DNA of 64,000 nt from Clostridium sp. CAG:967 (GTDB lineage Bacteria; Cyanobacteriota; Vampirovibrionia; Gastranaerophilales; Gastranaerophilaceae), in NCBI GenBank assembly GCA_000433095.1, contig HF991463.1:17022-81021 (forward strand), in the 5' to 3' direction. Below the pieces are notes generated by a model. The model was given only the letters and a program-made list of their open reading frames with translations. It was not told the origin of the DNA and searched no databases. The position numbers and the translations under genes were made by a program. Positions 10,939 to 20,698 of this stretch are shown here, piece by piece (positions within the stretch are counted from its first letter, which is position 1; the number at the start of each line of letters is the position of its first letter).

Positions 10939-11565
10939 ATGAAGAAGTTACTTTCAATTTTATCTGTAATATTTGCGTTTACTGTGTCGCCTGCTCTCGC
11001 TAAAACAGCACCTGTTGAGATTTTGCAGGACTTTTCGGTAAATAACCCGTCTGAAACATTATTAATAAAAGTTTTATCAAATGTTAAGCTCAACAAAGAC
11101 GTTATGTTATTTGAAGGCTTTTATGTACTGGGACAGATAAACAAAGTAGCAAACTCCTCTTTCGTTTTTATTCCCGTAAAATATCAAAACTTCCATAACG
11201 AAGTTTACGATATCAACGGTAATTACCCCGCAAAAATAGAAAAAGTTTTGGAAGGTAATCCTCAAAACGGGGTTGTGCCTAAAAACAGCAAAATGCTATT
11301 TGATTTTGTTATAGCAGATGAATATGCAGAAAAAGAAGCTGTTAACAGTCAGCCTGTTCAAACTCCTGAAGGCGGTGTTGCGCCGGTAGTTAACAAGACA
11401 AAATATGTTATCTATGATGATACTATTCCGCAAACTATGAAGAATTTCCCGGGGATTAAGCTGAATTCATTCGATAACGGAAGCAATTTCAATATCCCTA
11501 AAAAGTTAATTATTGAAGCTGATAAAAAAGATAGTAATATCAATTCTTTAAAATTCAATAATTAA
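10939..11565 (+). CDS. Secreted hypothetical protein (paralog B)
   Basis: Start moved to the ATG at 10939, which has RBS AGGAGA; the track ORF begins at a TTG at 10894. Signal peptide MKKLLSILSVIFAFTVSPALA; paralogous to 10261..10875. Confidence 0.55.
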   Translation: MKKLLSILSVIFAFTVSPALAKTAPVEILQDFSVNNPSETLLIKVLSNVKLNKDVMLFEGFYVLGQINKVANSSFVFIPVKYQNFHNEVYDINGNYPAKIEKVLEGNPQNGVVPKNSKMLFDFVIADEYAEKEAVNSQPVQTPEGGVAPVVNKTKYVIYDDTIPQTMKNFPGIKLNSFDNGSNFNIPKKLIIEADKKDSNINSLKFNN

Positions 11566-11898
11566 TAATAAGATTTGCACAATTATATACTGAATATAAG
11601 TTAAATTATATTCAGTATTTTTTGTGTTATAAATTGTCTGACTATACTTCTACTGCAACTTTTAATTTGCCGTTGCCTTCAAGGATTATTTCTGTATCTC
11701 TGCCGTTTTCTGAGATTACAAGGCGTGTTTTTCTTGTGTTATTTTCTATGAAATTTGAAATTTCTTTAACTTTCAAATCGTTCATGCGATTATCCTTTCA
11801 AAGTTTGTATTTTATATAATAACAGATTTTTAAGGAATTTCAACCCTAATGTTGTAATATGTTGCAATAATGTATAATTAAAATAAGTATTTATACAA

Positions 11899-11930
11899 AA
11901 AAGCCGCTTTATAAAATAAGCGGCTTTTTT
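11899..11930. terminator. Rho-independent terminator (bidirectional hairpin) downstream of tsf
   Basis: AAAAAGCCGCTTT-ATAAAAT-AAGCGGCTTTTTT. Confidence 0.7.
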
Positions 11931-11947
11931 AAATATTTTTTATTAGA

Positions 11948-12811
11948 TTAACCTTTGATTTGGTTCATAACTTCGTCAGCGAAGTTTTCCTGGCGTTTTT
12001 CAAGACCTTCACCAAGCATAAATCTTGTGAAAGCTTTAACGGTAATTTTACCATCAATCAATTGGCCAACTGTAATGTCAGGGTTTTTGATGAATGGTTG
12101 TTCTAAAAGAACTTTTCCTGCCATAAGTTTATTTACTCTGCCTTCAACAATTTTAGCTCTGATTTGTTCAGGTTTTTTCAATAAATCTTCTTTACCCATT
12201 TCAACTTCAGTTTCGTGATCAATTACAGATTGAGGGATTTCTTCTCTTGTAATGAATTCGGGAGCTGAAGATGCGATGTGTAAGCAAATATCGTTCATTA
12301 ATTCTTCATCTTTTTTGTCGGTTTGAATTAATACGCCGATTTTGCCGTTGTGAATGTAAGAAGCTGTTGTTCCTTCATAACGTACAAATCTTCTGAACGT
12401 AATTTTTTCACCGATAGAAGCGATTTTTTCTTTGATAAGTTCTGAAATAACTTTACCGCATTCAGGGCAAGTTGAAGCTAATAAAGCATCAACATCAGCC
12501 GGATTTGATTTAGCAACAAATTCAGCTAAGTTTGATGTTAATTCTTTGAATTCTTCGTTTTTAGCTACGAAGTCTGTTTCACAGTTAACTTCGACCATAG
12601 CACCGCAATCGTCTTGAACAGATGCAGCGATAAGACCTTCAGCAGCAATTCTGCCCATTTTTTTATCAGCTGAAGCCATGCCTTTTTGGCGAAGTACTTC
12701 CATAGCTTTTTCCATATCTCCGTCAGTTTCAACAAGAGCTTTTTTAGCATCCATCATACCAGCGCCTGTTTTATCACGAAGTTCTTTAACCATTTGAGCT
12801 GTAATGTTCAT
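11948..12811 (-). CDS. tsf: Elongation factor Ts
   Basis: 287 aa; MNITAQMVKELRDKTGAGMMDAKKALVETDGDMEKAMEVLRQKG is the canonical EF-Ts N-terminus; convergent downstream of rpsB. Confidence 0.95.
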   Translation of the reverse strand: MNITAQMVKELRDKTGAGMMDAKKALVETDGDMEKAMEVLRQKGMASADKKMGRIAAEGLIAASVQDDCGAMVEVNCETDFVAKNEEFKELTSNLAEFVAKSNPADVDALLASTCPECGKVISELIKEKIASIGEKITFRRFVRYEGTTASYIHNGKIGVLIQTDKKDEELMNDICLHIASSAPEFITREEIPQSVIDHETEVEMGKEDLLKKPEQIRAKIVEGRVNKLMAGKVLLEQPFIKNPDITVGQLIDGKITVKAFTRFMLGEGLEKRQENFADEVMNQIKG

Positions 12812-12895
12812 TATAATTCTCTCCTTTTTAATAGTGAAGAGTGAAGAGGGAGGAGTGAGAATTTTTCTCAGCCTCCTTCACTCAAACTTAATTAA

Positions 12896-13660
12896 TTATG
12901 CTTTAACTTCTTCTGCACTAACGCCTGCATCTTCAGGTTTAATTTCTTCGATTTTCTTAGCGTTAGCATTTGTTTCTCTAAGTTGTTTTCCTTCTAAAAC
13001 AGCATCAGCCAATTTAGATGAAATTAATTTAATAGAACGGATAGCATCATCATTACCCGGGATAATGAAGTCAATTCCGTCAGGATCTGCGTTTGTATCA
13101 GCTAAGCAGATAACAGGAATGTTTAATTTGTTAGCTTCTTTAATAGCAATATCTTCTTTCTTTTGGTCAACGATGAAGATTAAGTCAGGTAATCCTCTCA
13201 TATCTTTGATACCGCCTAAAGTTTTGCTTAATTTGCCTAATTCTCTGTTCAATTTAGCGATTTCTTTTTTAGGTAGTTTGTCAACGTGACCTGAGTTAAT
13301 GAAGTCTTCCATTTCTCTAAGTTTGTTAACACGTCCTCTGATTGTTTCGAAGTTAGTAAGCATACCGCCTAACCATCTTCTGTTGATGTAGTAAGCACCT
13401 GCTCTTGTTGCTTCTTCTGCAACAACTTCAGCTGCTTGTTTTTTTGTTCCTACAAACAAGATATTTTTATTTTTAGCTGCGTATTCTCTTACTGTAGCAT
13501 AAGCTGCATCCAGTAATTCAGTTGTTTTACGCAAGTCTAATACATAAATACCGTTTCTTGCACCGTAGATATACGGTTTCATTTTAGGGTTCCATCTTTG
13601 AGTTTGGTGTCCGAAGTGTACACCTGCTTCTAAAAGTTCAATCATAGATGCTGCTGGCAT
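12896..13660 (-). CDS. rpsB: 30S ribosomal protein S2
   Basis: 254 aa; [33 protein letters not shown] is the canonical S2 start; RBS GGAG. Confidence 0.95.
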   Translation of the reverse strand: MPAASMIELLEAGVHFGHQTQRWNPKMKPYIYGARNGIYVLDLRKTTELLDAAYATVREYAAKNKNILFVGTKKQAAEVVAEEATRAGAYYINRRWLGGMLTNFETIRGRVNKLREMEDFINSGHVDKLPKKEIAKLNRELGKLSKTLGGIKDMRGLPDLIFIVDQKKEDIAIKEANKLNIPVICLADTNADPDGIDFIIPGNDDAIRSIKLISSKLADAVLEGKQLRETNANAKKIEEIKPEDAGVSAEEVKA

Positions 13661-14018
13661 CGGTTTTCTCCTTTTTTTTACTTGTTGTACTACGGGATAC
13701 GCTGTCTCATCTGCGAGTTTTGCTGAATTTAGGGGCTGTCCTTTCTGCCCGCTCCCAGACTAGGGCAAAGCCTATCAGACCAGTGTAACCACTTATATAA
13801 TAATACAAACATGCTATGATGCAAATTTAATATATAGTTTTATTACATTCTGTTTCGACTTTCGCTGCGCTCATACCTCTGCTCGTATTAAGTTCTGCTC
13901 GCATTAAACGGTACCGCTCACAACACAAAAAAAACGGACTTTCTAAAAAATAGATTGTCCGGTATTTCATTTTCTGAAACAAAAAGGATTTACATTAATT
14001 TACTGTATATAAAAAAAA

Positions 14019-14552
14019 CTAGTATTCAATGCCTTGTCTTGCCATTACACCCATATCAAAGTAGTGTTTGATAGGTTTCATTTCAGTTACAAGATGAGCC
14101 ATTGCTTTTAATTCAGGGTGTGCATAACGTCCTGTTAAAACAATTTCAAGGTTTTCAGGTTTGTGTAATAAAACATCTTTAACATCACTGACTTTAATCA
14201 TATTCATTGATGTACAAATATTAATTTCATCAAGAATGATTAATTGGTATTCACCTGAATTGATAGCTTTCTTTGCAAATTCCCAGCCTTTTTTAGCTTC
14301 TTTATAATCTTCCATACAAACGTTATGTGAGTAACAAACTCTGTCCATACCGTATTGTACAACATCAAGGTTAGGAAGGAATTTGGAGGATGAAACTATT
14401 TCACCGTAAGAAGTTGCACTGTCGCCTTTTGTAAATTGGATGATAAGAACTTTCCAGCCGTGTCCCAGTGCTCTGAGAGCCAAACCTAATGATGCTGTGG
14501 TTTTGCCTTTACCGTCTCCTGTGTAAATTTGTATATAACCATGTTCTAACAC
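14019..14552 (-). CDS. cobO: Cob(I)yrinic acid a,c-diamide / cob(I)alamin adenosyltransferase (CobO/BtuR/CobA family), copy 1
   Basis: 177 aa; P-loop GDGKGKTTASLGLALRALGHGWKVLIIQFTKG; C-terminal ...HYFDMGVMARQGIEY. Confidence 0.8.
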   Translation of the reverse strand: MLEHGYIQIYTGDGKGKTTASLGLALRALGHGWKVLIIQFTKGDSATSYGEIVSSSKFLPNLDVVQYGMDRVCYSHNVCMEDYKEAKKGWEFAKKAINSGEYQLIILDEINICTSMNMIKVSDVKDVLLHKPENLEIVLTGRYAHPELKAMAHLVTEMKPIKHYFDMGVMARQGIEY

Positions 14553-15117
14553 GACTCACTACCTCCAATAAACTATAATAGGTTCCTCTATCCTTATTTT
14601 AACGAACTATTCCCACTGTTTAATCGTTCAATAGATGGATAAATTTCTAGAGCTAAAGATGGATAAATGTATCTATCCCCGCTCCCAAGATTTTGTATAT
14701 TCATCATAAAATAAAACTAAAAAAAAAGAACGTTTTTGAAACACTTCATGCCAATCTTTTTACAATTAATTTTTTTGAAAATCCATAGATTGAGATTTGA
14801 TAATCATTTGGTGACAAAAATTATTTTTTGAAAAAATTTACAATAATTTTGTAAACTAAATGCAACAAAGTCTTGCAATATTTTAAATATGTCTTGGCAT
14901 GCTTGTTTGCAGCTTTTTATAATTATGAATATTGTTAATATTTACATTTGATTTTTTTATTAACAAAACGGGCATAATAAAAATAGAAATGTCGACCCGA
15001 ATGCTTGATTTTATTCATGTTTGGCATGTTAACTTTTGTAACGAAAGAGGATATTTGTGAAATCAACTGATTTTAAAAGTTTTTATATTATTAGAGATAT
15101 AAAAGAGAGATGAGCAC

Positions 15118-16296
15118 ATGAGTGTAAACAAACCTGGATTACCAAAACTGAATTTGAAATCCAATACGCAGGCTTCATTTAAGTCTGCACTCTCAAGTAA
15201 GCTTGCTACAACTCAAAGAAGTTCGGTAAGCTACGGTATCTTTGCGCAGCGCTCAGACAGAAGTAAGATTTATAATCCAAAAGCATACTTAAGTGATTCT
15301 ACAAGTGCGACAAGACATGCTTTACTTGATAACAGAGTAAAAGTATTTAATAATAATGTAGCTTCATCATGTAATCACACTTCATCAACAGATAATTCTA
15401 ATAAATATGCAGCTGCTTTAATGGCTATGAACATGTTATCTCAAACTATTTCACCGCTTATTAACTCTAAAGCTGATGCGAAAGGTGATGTCAAAACTAA
15501 TGCAAAATCTTCTGCCGAGGGAGCAATAGGAGAACTTGCAAATGCCAAGAATTCTGCTGAAATCCAAAAAGGTTTGGAAAAACTTGATACAGAGATGAAA
15601 GGTTGTGATACTGATATTACGGATGCGGGTAAAGAAATTGACAGTGCAACTAAAACCAAAACTGAGGCTGAAACTGCATTGAAGAATGCAGAAACAGGAA
15701 TAGAAACCGAAAAACAAAATATTCAAAAACAGTCAGGTACTATAACTAAACTTCAAAGTAGTATTCAAACTGATAAAATGACATTAAGCGCTTTGAAATC
15801 ACAGTTAAGCACTTCCGGAGAGCTTGCTAAAGTGTCTCTAGAACATCAAATAAGCGAACTTGAAACTAAAATTAATCAGGAAGAAAAACAGCTTAAAGAT
15901 GCTGAAGCATCTAAAAAAGCTTCTGAAGATAAAATTAAAAATGAACTTGAACCTGAAAAAGATAAGCAAACCAAAACAATTGAATCCTGCAAACAGGATA
16001 TAGAAAAAGCTGAGGCTAAGAAAAAAGAAGCGACAAGCAAAAAAGAAAAACTTGAAGCTTCAAAAGGCAAGTATGAAAAGAAATTAACAGATGCACAGAA
16101 TAAAGAAACAAAACAACTGGCTTCTTTACATACGGAACTGGCAAATTATGCTAAAGAATTCCAGAGTGAATCAAATACTGATAAGAAAAATAAAATTTCG
16201 GAAAAATATGTAGCAAAAGCAAAAGTATATAATGATCTGGTTAAAAATACATCAGTGTCAGGTTATACCGAAGTCGCACTTGATTTAGCTTCTTAG
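15118..16296 (+). CDS. Hypothetical Ser/Thr/Lys-rich coiled-coil protein
   Basis: 392 aa; long heptad-like K/E/T-rich stretch (residues ~150-330), no recognisable catalytic motif; RBS AAAGAGAGATGAGCACATG. Confidence 0.45.
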   Translation: MSVNKPGLPKLNLKSNTQASFKSALSSKLATTQRSSVSYGIFAQRSDRSKIYNPKAYLSDSTSATRHALLDNRVKVFNNNVASSCNHTSSTDNSNKYAAALMAMNMLSQTISPLINSKADAKGDVKTNAKSSAEGAIGELANAKNSAEIQKGLEKLDTEMKGCDTDITDAGKEIDSATKTKTEAETALKNAETGIETEKQNIQKQSGTITKLQSSIQTDKMTLSALKSQLSTSGELAKVSLEHQISELETKINQEEKQLKDAEASKKASEDKIKNELEPEKDKQTKTIESCKQDIEKAEAKKKEATSKKEKLEASKGKYEKKLTDAQNKETKQLASLHTELANYAKEFQSESNTDKKNKISEKYVAKAKVYNDLVKNTSVSGYTEVALDLAS

Positions 16297-16380
16297 TGAG
16301 ATAACATATTGTTACAAACAGCTTTACTTTTATAATTCATTAATTTATAATAATTTCATAGACAGTATTGTCACAAAAAA

Positions 16381-16410
16381 AAGAACGGGAACCCCCGTTC
16401 TTTTTTATCT
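16381..16410 (+). terminator. Rho-independent terminator after the coiled-coil gene
   Basis: AAGAACGGGAACCCCCGTTCTTTTTTAT. Confidence 0.75.
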
Positions 16411-16439
16411 GATAGGGGCAGAAAGGGCAGGTTTTATTT

Positions 16440-16922
16440 ATGAAACAGGAAATTAACAGACATGAAGTCTTAGAAAAAATTACACCGTTAATAGAAAATA
16501 CAGCCATGCGTTTTGGTTATATTCCCATAGAGATTGAGTTTGTTAAAGAAAATCATCGCTGGTTTTTGAGAATATATTTATACTCAAAAGAAAAAGACGT
16601 TACTCTTGATGACTGTGAAAATGTTACAAGAAGCCTTTCTGATTTTCTTGATGAGCTTATTCCTGTGAAATACTATATGGAAGTGTCTTCTCCTGGATTG
16701 GAAAGAAAATTCAAATCAGAGAAAGAATTTGTTTATTTTCAGGGAAGAAGAATAAGCTTAAAATTAAAACAGCCTTTGGAAGGTGAAGAAGAAAAGATTT
16801 TTAAAGGTGAAATTCTTGATTTTGACGAAGTAAACGGACTGAAATTTTTCCGCTTTGATGACGGTCAGGAATTACAAATACCTAAAAACAACATACAATC
16901 TGCAAAATTATATATAGATTAA
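16440..16922 (+). CDS. rimP: Ribosome maturation factor RimP
   Basis: 160 aa; immediately upstream of nusA; N-terminal LIENTAMRFGYIPIEIEFVKENHRWFLRIYL is RimP-like. Confidence 0.8.
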   Translation: MKQEINRHEVLEKITPLIENTAMRFGYIPIEIEFVKENHRWFLRIYLYSKEKDVTLDDCENVTRSLSDFLDELIPVKYYMEVSSPGLERKFKSEKEFVYFQGRRISLKLKQPLEGEEEKIFKGEILDFDEVNGLKFFRFDDGQELQIPKNNIQSAKLYID

Positions 16923-16941
16923 TAAATGAAAGGATAAGAAA

Positions 16942-18180
16942 ATGATTAAAATAGGAACAGCACTGTTTGAAGCTTGTGAAGAATTGGAAAGAGAAAGAGG
17001 CATATCTAAAGATGTATTAATTGCTTCTCTTTGTGATGCTATGGTTGCAGCTTACAAAAAACATATGCATATAAAAGAAGCTACAAATATTGAAGCAATT
17101 TTAGATGAACAATCAGGAGAAATCGGTGTTTTCAGAACTAAACTTGTTGTAGATGAGGTTGAAGATGAAGATACTCAAATTACGCTTTCTGATGCTCAGG
17201 AAATCGTTGAAGATGTTGAAGTCGGCGATGAAATTAAAATCGAAGTTACTCCTGATCAGTTCGGACGTATTGCTGCTCAATCTGCCAAACAGGTTATTAC
17301 ACAGAGAATAAGAGAAGCTGAAAGAAATCTTGTTCTTCAAGAGTTTATTGATAAAAAAGGCACTTTGACAACAGGTATTATTCAAAGAGTTGAAAACCGC
17401 AATGTTATTGTAAACATCGGTAAAACTGATGCTATAATGCCTCAAAAAGAACAAATTCCGGGTGAATACTATAAACCGGGAAACAGAATAAGAGTATTTG
17501 TTCTTAACGTTAAAGAAACTACAAGATTACCTCAAGTAATTGTTTCTCATGCTCATGCAGAAATCGTTAGAGAATTGTTTGAACTTGAAGTTCCTGAAAT
17601 TGAAGACGGAATTGTTGAAATTAAATCAATTTCACGTGAAGCAGGTTACAGAACAAAAATCGCTGTTTGGTCAAATGATCCGGAAGTTGATTCTGTAGGT
17701 GCTTGTATCGGACCTCGTGGCTCAAGAATTCAAACTATTGTTTCTGAATTGAAAAACGAAAAAATTGATATTGTCAGATATTCGGAAGATCCTGTTGAGT
17801 ATATCGTAAACGCATTATCACCTTCAAGAGTTGTGTCTGTTGATATTCTTGCAGATGACGAATACTCGCATGAAGCAATGGTTGTTGTTCCTGATGACCA
17901 GCTAAGCCTTGCTATCGGACGTGAAGGTCAAAACGTAAGACTGGCTCACAAATTGACAGGATGGAAAATAGACATTAAGAGTGTTTCTCAAATGGAAAAA
18001 GCCGAAGCTGCTAACTTCCGCAATTATGACGAAGCTGCGGAAGATGTTGAAGAAATTGAAATTCAAGATGAACTTCAGGAAGAAATCGAAGAAGAAATGA
18101 ACCAACAAGTTGTTGATGAAGAAGATTTCCAAGAAGAAACCGCATCAGACGAAGAAATTTCAGAAGACGAAGAAGCATAG
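16942..18180 (+). CDS. nusA: Transcription termination/antitermination factor NusA
   Basis: 412 aa; S1 and tandem KH regions (GACIGPRGSRIQTIVSELKNEKIDIV, LAIGREGQNVRLAHKLTGWKIDIK); acidic C-terminal tail. Confidence 0.95.
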   Translation: MIKIGTALFEACEELERERGISKDVLIASLCDAMVAAYKKHMHIKEATNIEAILDEQSGEIGVFRTKLVVDEVEDEDTQITLSDAQEIVEDVEVGDEIKIEVTPDQFGRIAAQSAKQVITQRIREAERNLVLQEFIDKKGTLTTGIIQRVENRNVIVNIGKTDAIMPQKEQIPGEYYKPGNRIRVFVLNVKETTRLPQVIVSHAHAEIVRELFELEVPEIEDGIVEIKSISREAGYRTKIAVWSNDPEVDSVGACIGPRGSRIQTIVSELKNEKIDIVRYSEDPVEYIVNALSPSRVVSVDILADDEYSHEAMVVVPDDQLSLAIGREGQNVRLAHKLTGWKIDIKSVSQMEKAEAANFRNYDEAAEDVEEIEIQDELQEEIEEEMNQQVVDEEDFQEETASDEEISEDEEA

Positions 18181-18202
18181 TCGCCGGAAATATAAATTCA
18201 TT

Positions 18203-18237
18203 AAAAAAGGGTAATTTTTCAATTACCCTTTTTTATT
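18203..18237. terminator. Bidirectional rho-independent terminator between nusA and the convergent radical-SAM operon
   Basis: AAAAAAGGGTAATTTTTCAATTACCCTTTTTTATT. Confidence 0.75.
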
Positions 18238-18239
18238 TT

Positions 18240-19148
18240 TTATATTGAACATTCACTTAAAAGGTTCATAAGTGTAAACTGTGCATCACCGACAGGCTCA
18301 AACATATATGAAATTAATAAAAATAAAACCATTTTTTTGTTAAAATCTCTTCCCTGTAATTTTAAATGTCTTATTTTCAGCTCATTAACCATGAAATCAA
18401 GCTCATCGGTTGATAACATAACATTGTGTTTTGTTTTTTCCTGAATACTCTGTTCAATTCTCGGACATTGAAAATCTACATCAAAGTCTTCCGAGTCTGT
18501 GTACTCAGCCTTTTCGATAGCGGTATAATGTTTTGCCGCAAACGGACAGTTAGGCAGACATGTCTGGTTCAGTAATATTTCTATTCTCGTAAGGTCATTT
18601 ATAAGATGTGCTTCATCTTTCAATTTGTATTTCACATATTCCGGTCTTGCTACAACTCTGTCAAATTTATCCAGCATTCTGTTATAAAAATCCGCTTCCC
18701 TGTCATCAGTACTTTCAAGCTCGAAATAAGGCTTAATAACCGAACAAGTGCAGTAAGCATCAGGATATAATTTCTTTATATAATTATGCAATAAATCTGA
18801 TGATACAATAAATTGGCACTTAAGCTTTACGGCAGTATCAAGAATTTCATTACAGAATTTGTCATTTAAATCTTCTTCCGTTATATGGTAGTTTGAAAAT
18901 GTAAAAGCAGGTGTAATCCCTTGTTCTGTGACCTTTGTCAGATAATTTACCGTTGATTCGATGTCGTAATTTTTTATTCTTGAAGGTCTGCCGCCGCTCC
19001 ATTTGCATCGAAACGTACCGAAATTAATGAAATTATATGTTTCATTCAAATCTTTATAGCATTTAATAATATTATTGGTCAAATCATCATTCTTGTTAAA
19101 CAGCAACGGTAAAGACCAAACAGCATCAGGATATCTCAGAATACTCAT
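18240..19148 (-). CDS. Hypothetical protein, translationally coupled partner of the B12-radical SAM enzyme
   Basis: 302 aa; its start overlaps the upstream gene's stop by 4 nt (19145-19148); Cys-containing (CTCS, CLPNCPF) but no recognised family. Confidence 0.45.
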   Translation of the reverse strand: MSILRYPDAVWSLPLLFNKNDDLTNNIIKCYKDLNETYNFINFGTFRCKWSGGRPSRIKNYDIESTVNYLTKVTEQGITPAFTFSNYHITEEDLNDKFCNEILDTAVKLKCQFIVSSDLLHNYIKKLYPDAYCTCSVIKPYFELESTDDREADFYNRMLDKFDRVVARPEYVKYKLKDEAHLINDLTRIEILLNQTCLPNCPFAAKHYTAIEKAEYTDSEDFDVDFQCPRIEQSIQEKTKHNVMLSTDELDFMVNELKIRHLKLQGRDFNKKMVLFLLISYMFEPVGDAQFTLMNLLSECSI

Positions 19149-20542
19149 TTTATCTCCTTTTCTAACTCTAACGCATCAAACGAAAGTTCTATAGAACGGT
19201 TGTCATTATAAAAATCTTCAAAGCATTTGCGTTCAGGACATCCGCCGCACAAATCAGGCTCATCAAACCATTTAGAACCGGGTTCAAGGATGATTTTCCC
19301 CATAGAGTAACCGTTAACGCTGTCAGGATACTTATCTGTTAAGTATTCTCCGTATTCAACGGATGCATTCCTTTGTTCGTCCGTTAAGTTTGGAATGTCT
19401 GCAAATGACAGATCGCACATTACTCTTAATTCGTTCATATATCCTAAAATATCTTCAAGCTCCTGATTTGAATAATAAAAAGTTTTGTGTTTTTTTCTTA
19501 AATTTTCATCTGCAAATTCAGGCGATATTAGAAGAACGGAATTGGCTGCACAGCTATCTTTAAATGTTTTTATAAAATCTTTTTGGGGAAGTCCGAAACA
19601 TTCAAAGGTTATATTTAATTTTTCATCAAAGTGTTCTGAAAGATAATTAAACAGCTCAATCTGTTTTTCCTGATTAAAAGGTGTTGGATCAAATGCAAAG
19701 TGGAAGTTTTTTACATTAAATTTTTGTTTGAGAATTTTCATGTCTTCAACGATGGTTTTTGCGGAACGTCTGGAAATACGGTTTCTTCCTGTGATTTTCT
19801 CAACGTTTTTAAACCCGCCTCCGCACCACGAGCAATTCCCGTAACATCCACGCCCTATGCATACACCATGAATAGTGGAGGAGCCTGTCAGTTCTCCGGC
19901 TTTGCACAGATTAAGCATATAACCGGTTTTAAAATAACTGTCAAAATGTTTTAAGTAATCAAATCCGACAAAATTAAATTTGTCCAAATCTTCATCAGAT
20001 GCAACATAATTTTTTTTGTTCATAATAATATCTTTGCCGTTACGCCAGCATAGATTAGGAATGCCGGATAAATCAGTCTTTCCTGCAAAAACATCTTTCG
20101 CAAGTTCTGCAATAGGAATTTCTCCCTCCCCTTTAATTATTGCATCTATATAAGTGTATTTTTCAAGTATTTCTTTTGCGAAAAATGATGCCGTAAAACC
20201 GCCCAGCGAAATGTATACATCAGGATTTTCTTTTTTTATAGATTTTGCAATTTCGATTACATCATAAGATTGCGGGTGCCAATGCAGTGATAAAGCAATA
20301 AATTTAATATTGTTATCTTTTACGTATTTTGCAGCAGAAAAACTCTTATCAAGGTATTTTTCAACACTTAAATGCAAAACCTCCGCATCAAAACCGTTTA
20401 TAACAAGCTGGTGGCATAGTGAATAAATCCCCATAGCAATAAAATTTATGCTTGAAGAAGCTCCGTCTTCCAAAATATTGAGTTTAGGGATATGTAATAA
20501 TAAACATTTGCCTTTTGTCATTAAAAAACTTCCTTTAGCCAA
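19145..20542 (-). CDS. B12-binding domain radical SAM protein (class B radical SAM)
   Basis: 465 aa; N-terminal Rossmann-like B12-binding region (IKFIALSLHWHPQSYDVIEIAKSIKKENPDVYISLGG) followed by CX3CX2C (GCYGNCSWC) plus FGLPQ/ISPE elements of the radical SAM core. Confidence 0.75.
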   Translation of the reverse strand: MAKGSFLMTKGKCLLLHIPKLNILEDGASSSINFIAMGIYSLCHQLVINGFDAEVLHLSVEKYLDKSFSAAKYVKDNNIKFIALSLHWHPQSYDVIEIAKSIKKENPDVYISLGGFTASFFAKEILEKYTYIDAIIKGEGEIPIAELAKDVFAGKTDLSGIPNLCWRNGKDIIMNKKNYVASDEDLDKFNFVGFDYLKHFDSYFKTGYMLNLCKAGELTGSSTIHGVCIGRGCYGNCSWCGGGFKNVEKITGRNRISRRSAKTIVEDMKILKQKFNVKNFHFAFDPTPFNQEKQIELFNYLSEHFDEKLNITFECFGLPQKDFIKTFKDSCAANSVLLISPEFADENLRKKHKTFYYSNQELEDILGYMNELRVMCDLSFADIPNLTDEQRNASVEYGEYLTDKYPDSVNGYSMGKIILEPGSKWFDEPDLCGGCPERKCFEDFYNDNRSIELSFDALELEKEIK

Positions 20543-20698
20543 TTATAGATTGAGTTTCTGATATTGTCAAATAAATCCGTCCAAAGTTGCCTATGACGTA
20601 TACTGTTGACAAAAAATATTGAGCAAATATTATAATATTATGGCTTAAAATACCAAATTAGTATTATAGTATAAGTAAAGAAAAAGGAGATTATTCTC

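Noticed and set aside
13661-14018. Cobalamin riboswitch controlling the cobO copy at 14019-14552
   Set aside because: The GC-rich structured region lies downstream (3') of the minus-strand cobO gene and 5' of rpsB, so the orientation is wrong for a cobO leader. No B12-box-like element was recognised. It is reported instead as the rpsB leader motif.
14553-15117. 565-nt intergenic region as a possible ncRNA or missing gene
   Set aside because: It is extremely AT-rich, with no ORF of more than 40 codons with an RBS and no conserved structured motif visible. It most likely holds divergent promoter regions for cobO and the coiled-coil gene. It cannot be assessed further without comparative data.
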